A DNA stretch of 64,000 nucleotides from an uncultured delta proteobacterium. GTDB taxonomy: Bacteria; Desulfobacterota; Binatia; UBA9968. Every line of letters begins with the position of its first letter. The stretch's first letter is position 1. The notes under the pieces were generated by a model. It was not told the DNA's origin. It worked only from the letters and a program-made list of their open reading frames with translations, and made no database searches. The stretch spans positions 64,001-128,000 of the forward strand of contig CAVUZH010000016.1 of NCBI GenBank assembly GCA_963745835.1, written 5' to 3'. Below, piece by piece: positions 60,182 through 64,000 of this stretch. A program made the translations under genes and the position numbers.

Positions 60182-60406
60182 AGAACCCCCCTTTTTCTGG
60201 TTCAGCTCTGGCTTCGACTAAGACTCAGGCTGTGCTTTAAAGCTGTCACATATCGTTGTCTTTGGCGAGTACGGCTAATCAAAATTCCAGGTGTCAGTCA
60301 AGTGATCGGCCAATGAGGAACGGTCTGACGATTGTTTTTTCTGCTTTGATCCAATAACGTCCCTGTCAATGCGCGGCTTCAAAAAAAGAACGTACCCGCG
60401 GGCGTC

Positions 60407-61225
60407 ATGAAGCGCTTTGGTCAAAGTAGAATCCTACGCTCAGTCCTTGGGCCGGCACTTTTCCTCAGTTGCCTGCTGACTTTTACCTCCGCCTCCTACT
60501 CATCTTGCCGCGACCCCGAAGTTGCGCGCGGCTTCGGGTCTGTCGCTTACGCGGCGAACGTCGACGCTACGATCCAATACTTCGGCCATAATTTTTTCCT
60601 CATCACCACCAGCAGGGGAACGCGCATCGTCACCGACCCTCTGGGACCCGGTTGGTATCCGAACCCGAACGTTGTCGGAGACGTCGTCACCGTCGGCAAA
60701 GAGCAATTCAACCACAATGCCGTTCAGATCGTGATGGGTAACCCGGTGATTTTGCGCGGGCTCAAGAACTATGGCGCGGGTTGGAATACCATCAGCACGA
60801 GCGTCAAAGACGCTTTCATCTATAACGTGCCGATTCATCAGAACGCTGAATTTATCCAGGGTATTCATGGTTCTGCCTTTGTCTTTGATTTGGGAACTTT
60901 GTGCATCGCGCACCTCGGCGACTTGAGCCAAAAACTAAACGATCAACAGATTAAAGCCTTCGGCAAGGTCGATGTCGCGCTCACACCCATCGGCGGCCGG
61001 CGAACGATGGATCCGGAACTCGCTCGCGAAGTTCTGGCTCAGCTCAAACCGAAGATCGCCATTCCGATGCATCATCGCGACAGTCCGTCTCTCGTACAAC
61101 AGTTTAGCGCCGGTATGAGAACGCAGGTGCTGCCAGGGGACACGCTGACGCTTAGCAAAAGCGTTCTGCCTCAGCCGACTGAAATCAAAGTGCTGCAACC
61201 GCGTGGCGCAATGGGCTATCAGTAA
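60407..61225 (+). CDS. Exported MBL-fold protein (Lactamase_B_3-like), degenerate metal site
   Basis: YFGHNFFLI, IVTDP, HLGDL, PIGG..TMD, IPMH. The HxHxDH motif is replaced by GKEQFNH. Confidence 0.75.
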   Translation: MKRFGQSRILRSVLGPALFLSCLLTFTSASYSSCRDPEVARGFGSVAYAANVDATIQYFGHNFFLITTSRGTRIVTDPLGPGWYPNPNVVGDVVTVGKEQFNHNAVQIVMGNPVILRGLKNYGAGWNTISTSVKDAFIYNVPIHQNAEFIQGIHGSAFVFDLGTLCIAHLGDLSQKLNDQQIKAFGKVDVALTPIGGRRTMDPELAREVLAQLKPKIAIPMHHRDSPSLVQQFSAGMRTQVLPGDTLTLSKSVLPQPTEIKVLQPRGAMGYQ

Positions 61226-61296
61226 TCGGTCGTGTAAGGACGCAATCCTGTTTGTGGGATGAGACCGCGATGCGGCGAACATCACCTGATCTCATT

Positions 61297-62859
61297 TCAT
61301 GCCGCGCTCAGACTCTTTCGGCTTGCTGATTTTCCTACCGCAATCAAGAACATCGCGCTCTTACCGGCGGCATCGGGCGAAAAAAATTCGGTCACATCAT
61401 CGTCGAAGAACGTCAGCCCCGACGCGCCGAGGCGTTGCGCGTAAGCGGCAAGATAGATTCTTCCGCCCATGATAGCGGCCTCGAGCTGCGCAGCGCGGTA
61501 GCCGCGATTGCCGAAATGCTCGAGGACGCGATGCATATCCGCCATAAAGTAAATGTTCACGCTACAATCCGCCGGAATCTCCTGACCGAGGCCGAGGTAT
61601 CCGGCGTCCCGGCGAAAATCGCCCGGCTTTAGCAACTCGAGTGCGCGCTGCTGGCGACGAAAGACATAGGCGCCGGAGGGGAGACCTTCCACGGCATGGA
61701 CGATCAGGTAGAGGTCGTTAAGCGTTTCTTCCGCGCCCAGAAAATCGGCCGTTAGACCGCGAGTCGCGCGATCGAGCATGCTTGAAAGTTCAGTAAAAGT
61801 AATCGAATCGGGTGAGAACTCGCGGGTCGACCCACGTCGGGTTATCACCTCCTCGATGGACTCTTTGGGTAGTTCCTCGTCATTAGGTGATTGGAGAGGA
61901 AAGAGCTGATCTTCTCTCGCGGCTTCATCCGTTGTCGTTTTCGTAGGTGCTTCTTCTCGCCGGCGCCACTGCGTAACTTCCGCGCCGGTTTCCAATGAGG
62001 ATGCCTCGTGCATCCGCCTCATCGCGGGATAATCGATTTCTGAGTTGGACAGAGGAGTAGTTTCAAATACTACGGGTTCGACCGGTAACGAGAGTGTGGC
62101 CTTTTGTTCTGCCGAACGGCCCAGCGCCACCAAAGAAAGGGGCGCCTCCCGCTGCGGATCCAATGCTAAAAGCTGGCACACGCTAGCGTCGACGAAACCC
62201 AGAACCACCTTTGCCGGAATGTTGCGAGCGGCAGTTGCGGCAAGCAGATTGGCCAGTATCGTTCCATTGTCCCAATAACAGTGTCGATACGCTCGCGCCT
62301 GATACTTCCAGGCGTTGCGCCAGAAGGTCGAAGCGCTAGCTATGACACACGACGCTTCTGAAATGGCGAGTTCCTCGCCGGTGGCTTTCACCAAAGCCGA
62401 CCGATAGTCACCCTGGCGCAATTGCCGCAGTGAAAAATCTTGCGGGCTGAAGTGATAGACTCCTGCATCGAGCCCCTCGAGATCGCCGCAAACAACATAT
62501 AAATCGACATGATAGAGCGCGCCAGTGCAGGCTGCCGCGCGAAACAACATCTCTACTGCGGCATACCTCCTCCGCCTAGTGATGCCTGCGGAGAAATAAA
62601 AGATCTCCGCCAAGGTTTGCAGATTAGGCCGGCCTTCGCTGGTCGCTGCGCTTGGTATGGTTGAAATCGCCTTCAGCGCAGGCACCCCCGAAGATGATAA
62701 GTTTTGCGGCAGAGAAATAGCCGGGAGATTTGAATAAATCTTAAAAGGCAGGGGCTGGTTTTCCCAATCCAAGTGATGCGCCGTGGCCCGGATACTCTGG
62801 TACGAGTGTTTGGTCGCATCATGATACGCCCATGCGGCTTCAGTCTGACGGTTTTCCAT
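61297..62859 (-). CDS. SagB/ThcOx-type tandem nitroreductase-domain protein
   Basis: YHDATKHS, RAAACTGALY, WRNAWKYQARAYRH, RRGSTR, GNRGYR, GASGLTFFDD. Confidence 0.85.
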   Translation of the reverse strand: MENRQTEAAWAYHDATKHSYQSIRATAHHLDWENQPLPFKIYSNLPAISLPQNLSSSGVPALKAISTIPSAATSEGRPNLQTLAEIFYFSAGITRRRRYAAVEMLFRAAACTGALYHVDLYVVCGDLEGLDAGVYHFSPQDFSLRQLRQGDYRSALVKATGEELAISEASCVIASASTFWRNAWKYQARAYRHCYWDNGTILANLLAATAARNIPAKVVLGFVDASVCQLLALDPQREAPLSLVALGRSAEQKATLSLPVEPVVFETTPLSNSEIDYPAMRRMHEASSLETGAEVTQWRRREEAPTKTTTDEAAREDQLFPLQSPNDEELPKESIEEVITRRGSTREFSPDSITFTELSSMLDRATRGLTADFLGAEETLNDLYLIVHAVEGLPSGAYVFRRQQRALELLKPGDFRRDAGYLGLGQEIPADCSVNIYFMADMHRVLEHFGNRGYRAAQLEAAIMGGRIYLAAYAQRLGASGLTFFDDDVTEFFSPDAAGKSAMFLIAVGKSASRKSLSAA

Positions 62860-63092
62860 CCGAACTCCTTCAACTCCAATTATATTTATATCGTATTATC
62901 CGACCCGCCTTGCCCAGTAGCTCTGATCCCTTACTTCGTACCAAGCCGATCCAGTTGGCGCCAGCGATCCGCCGGTTAAATAACTTGGACAGCAGCTCTG
63001 GCAATAAAGGCTCTGGGAACGGCTAGATGACCGATTTCACTTGTAACTTTGGCCAGCCTCGGTACCGTCTCGGCGCAAACGGGTAAAACACT

Positions 63093-64000
63093 ATGGAATG
63101 GTGGATCTGGATCGTGCTTGGGCTGGTGTCGCCAAGACCGCTGTGGTGGTACTGCAGCAGAGCGCCTATGTGGTCGAACGGCTCGGCAGGTACAGCGGCA
63201 TCTTGGGCGCCGGATTTCACATTCTGATCCCGTTTCTCGACGTCGTCCGCTATAAGCATTCTTTGAAAGAGCAAGCCGTCGATATTCCACCGCAAGTTTG
63301 CATCACCCGGGATAACGTTCAAGTGTCCGTGAACGGCGTGCTCTACTTGAAGGTTCTCAATCCCGAGCACGCCTCCTATGGTATTGGCGACTACGCCTTC
63401 GGCATTTCGCAACTGGCGCAGACGACGCTGCGCAGTGAATTCGGCAAGATCGAGCTGGATAGAACCTTCGAGGAGCGGACTAATATCAACACGCAAGTAG
63501 TTAGCGAGCTCAACAAGGCGTCTGAGCCTTGGGGCATCAAAGTGATGCGCTATGAGATCAAAAACATCACGCCGCCCCACGACGTGCTCGCCGCGATGGA
63601 AAAGCAGATGCGGGCAGAGCGCGAAAAACGCGCTCTCATTCTGGACCTCGGAAGGGCAAAGAGACGCGGCGATCAACAGCGCTGAAGGTGAAAAACAACA
63701 GGTCATCAAAGCTTCCGAAGCCAACAAGCAACAGCAAATCAACGAAGCCGAAGACGAAGCGGCAGCCATCATGGGGCGGTCGCTGAAGCGACGGCCAACG
63801 TATTCGTAAGGTCGCAGAATCGATTCAGCAGCCTGGAGGTTTCGAAGCGGTACAACTCCGTGTCGCCGATAACTACCTCACCCAATTCGGCAAGCTCGCG
63901 CAGGAAGGCAATATGATGATTCTTCCGGCGACGCTCAGCGACGTCGGCTCGATGATTTCGTTAGCCATGAACGTCATCAGGCAAAGGAAAGCAGGAACGG
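63093..64000 (+). CDS. SPFH/band 7 (stomatin-like/paraslipin) protein, frameshifted, runs off window end
   Basis: VVERLGRY, CITRDNV, LAQTTLRS, WGIKVMRYEIK, QMRAEREKRA, SEGQRDAAINSAEGEKQ. Confidence 0.88.

Noticed and set aside
61297-62859. SagB-like gene as a RiPP (azole) biosynthetic cluster
   Set aside because: No YcaO, precursor peptide or exporter adjacent; stand-alone tandem nitroreductases are common.

Overview
GC-rich (by eye ~55-58%) bacterial chromosomal window. The expansion of substrate-binding protein (SBP) paralogs and the repeat types suggest a soil deltaproteobacterial-like lineage such as Ca. Binatia, but that is inference only. Many otherwise intact genes carry single-base indels, which most likely reflect long-read assembly errors. 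There are four blocks. (1) 0.6-24.6 kb is a co-oriented minus-strand catabolic cluster: five heme-oxygenase-like diiron oxidase (HDO; CADD/PqqC/TenA fold) paralogs are interleaved with eight ABC SBPs, with no permease or ATPase, plus UbiD, GGT, amidohydrolases, VOC, M20, DLH and an orphan Mo-hydroxylase large subunit. (2) 25.9-27.5 kb is a 1500-bp IS110 element inserted at a CT core inside a ~155-bp MITE-like repeat. Its non-coding end encodes a bridge RNA whose target, donor and handshake guides can be read directly and match the insertion junctions, and circularisation creates a TTGACA-17-TATATT promoter. (3) 27.6-39.9 kb is an Ldh_2 oxidoreductase gene followed by 3-4 diverged copies of its own 3' end. 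Unrelated cargo lies between the copies (toxin-antitoxin (TA) remnants, nitrilase/GFA/cupin, cbs-cgl, SBP, YdhR), which looks like an ordered, integrase-less accretion array. (4) 41.6-60.2 kb is an oxalate/formate supercluster: frc, a TPP lyase, an ADP-forming acyl-CoA ligase, a YPIRP-type oxalate oxidoreductase, a GntR regulator, NAD-linked formate dehydrogenase and a TTT transporter.
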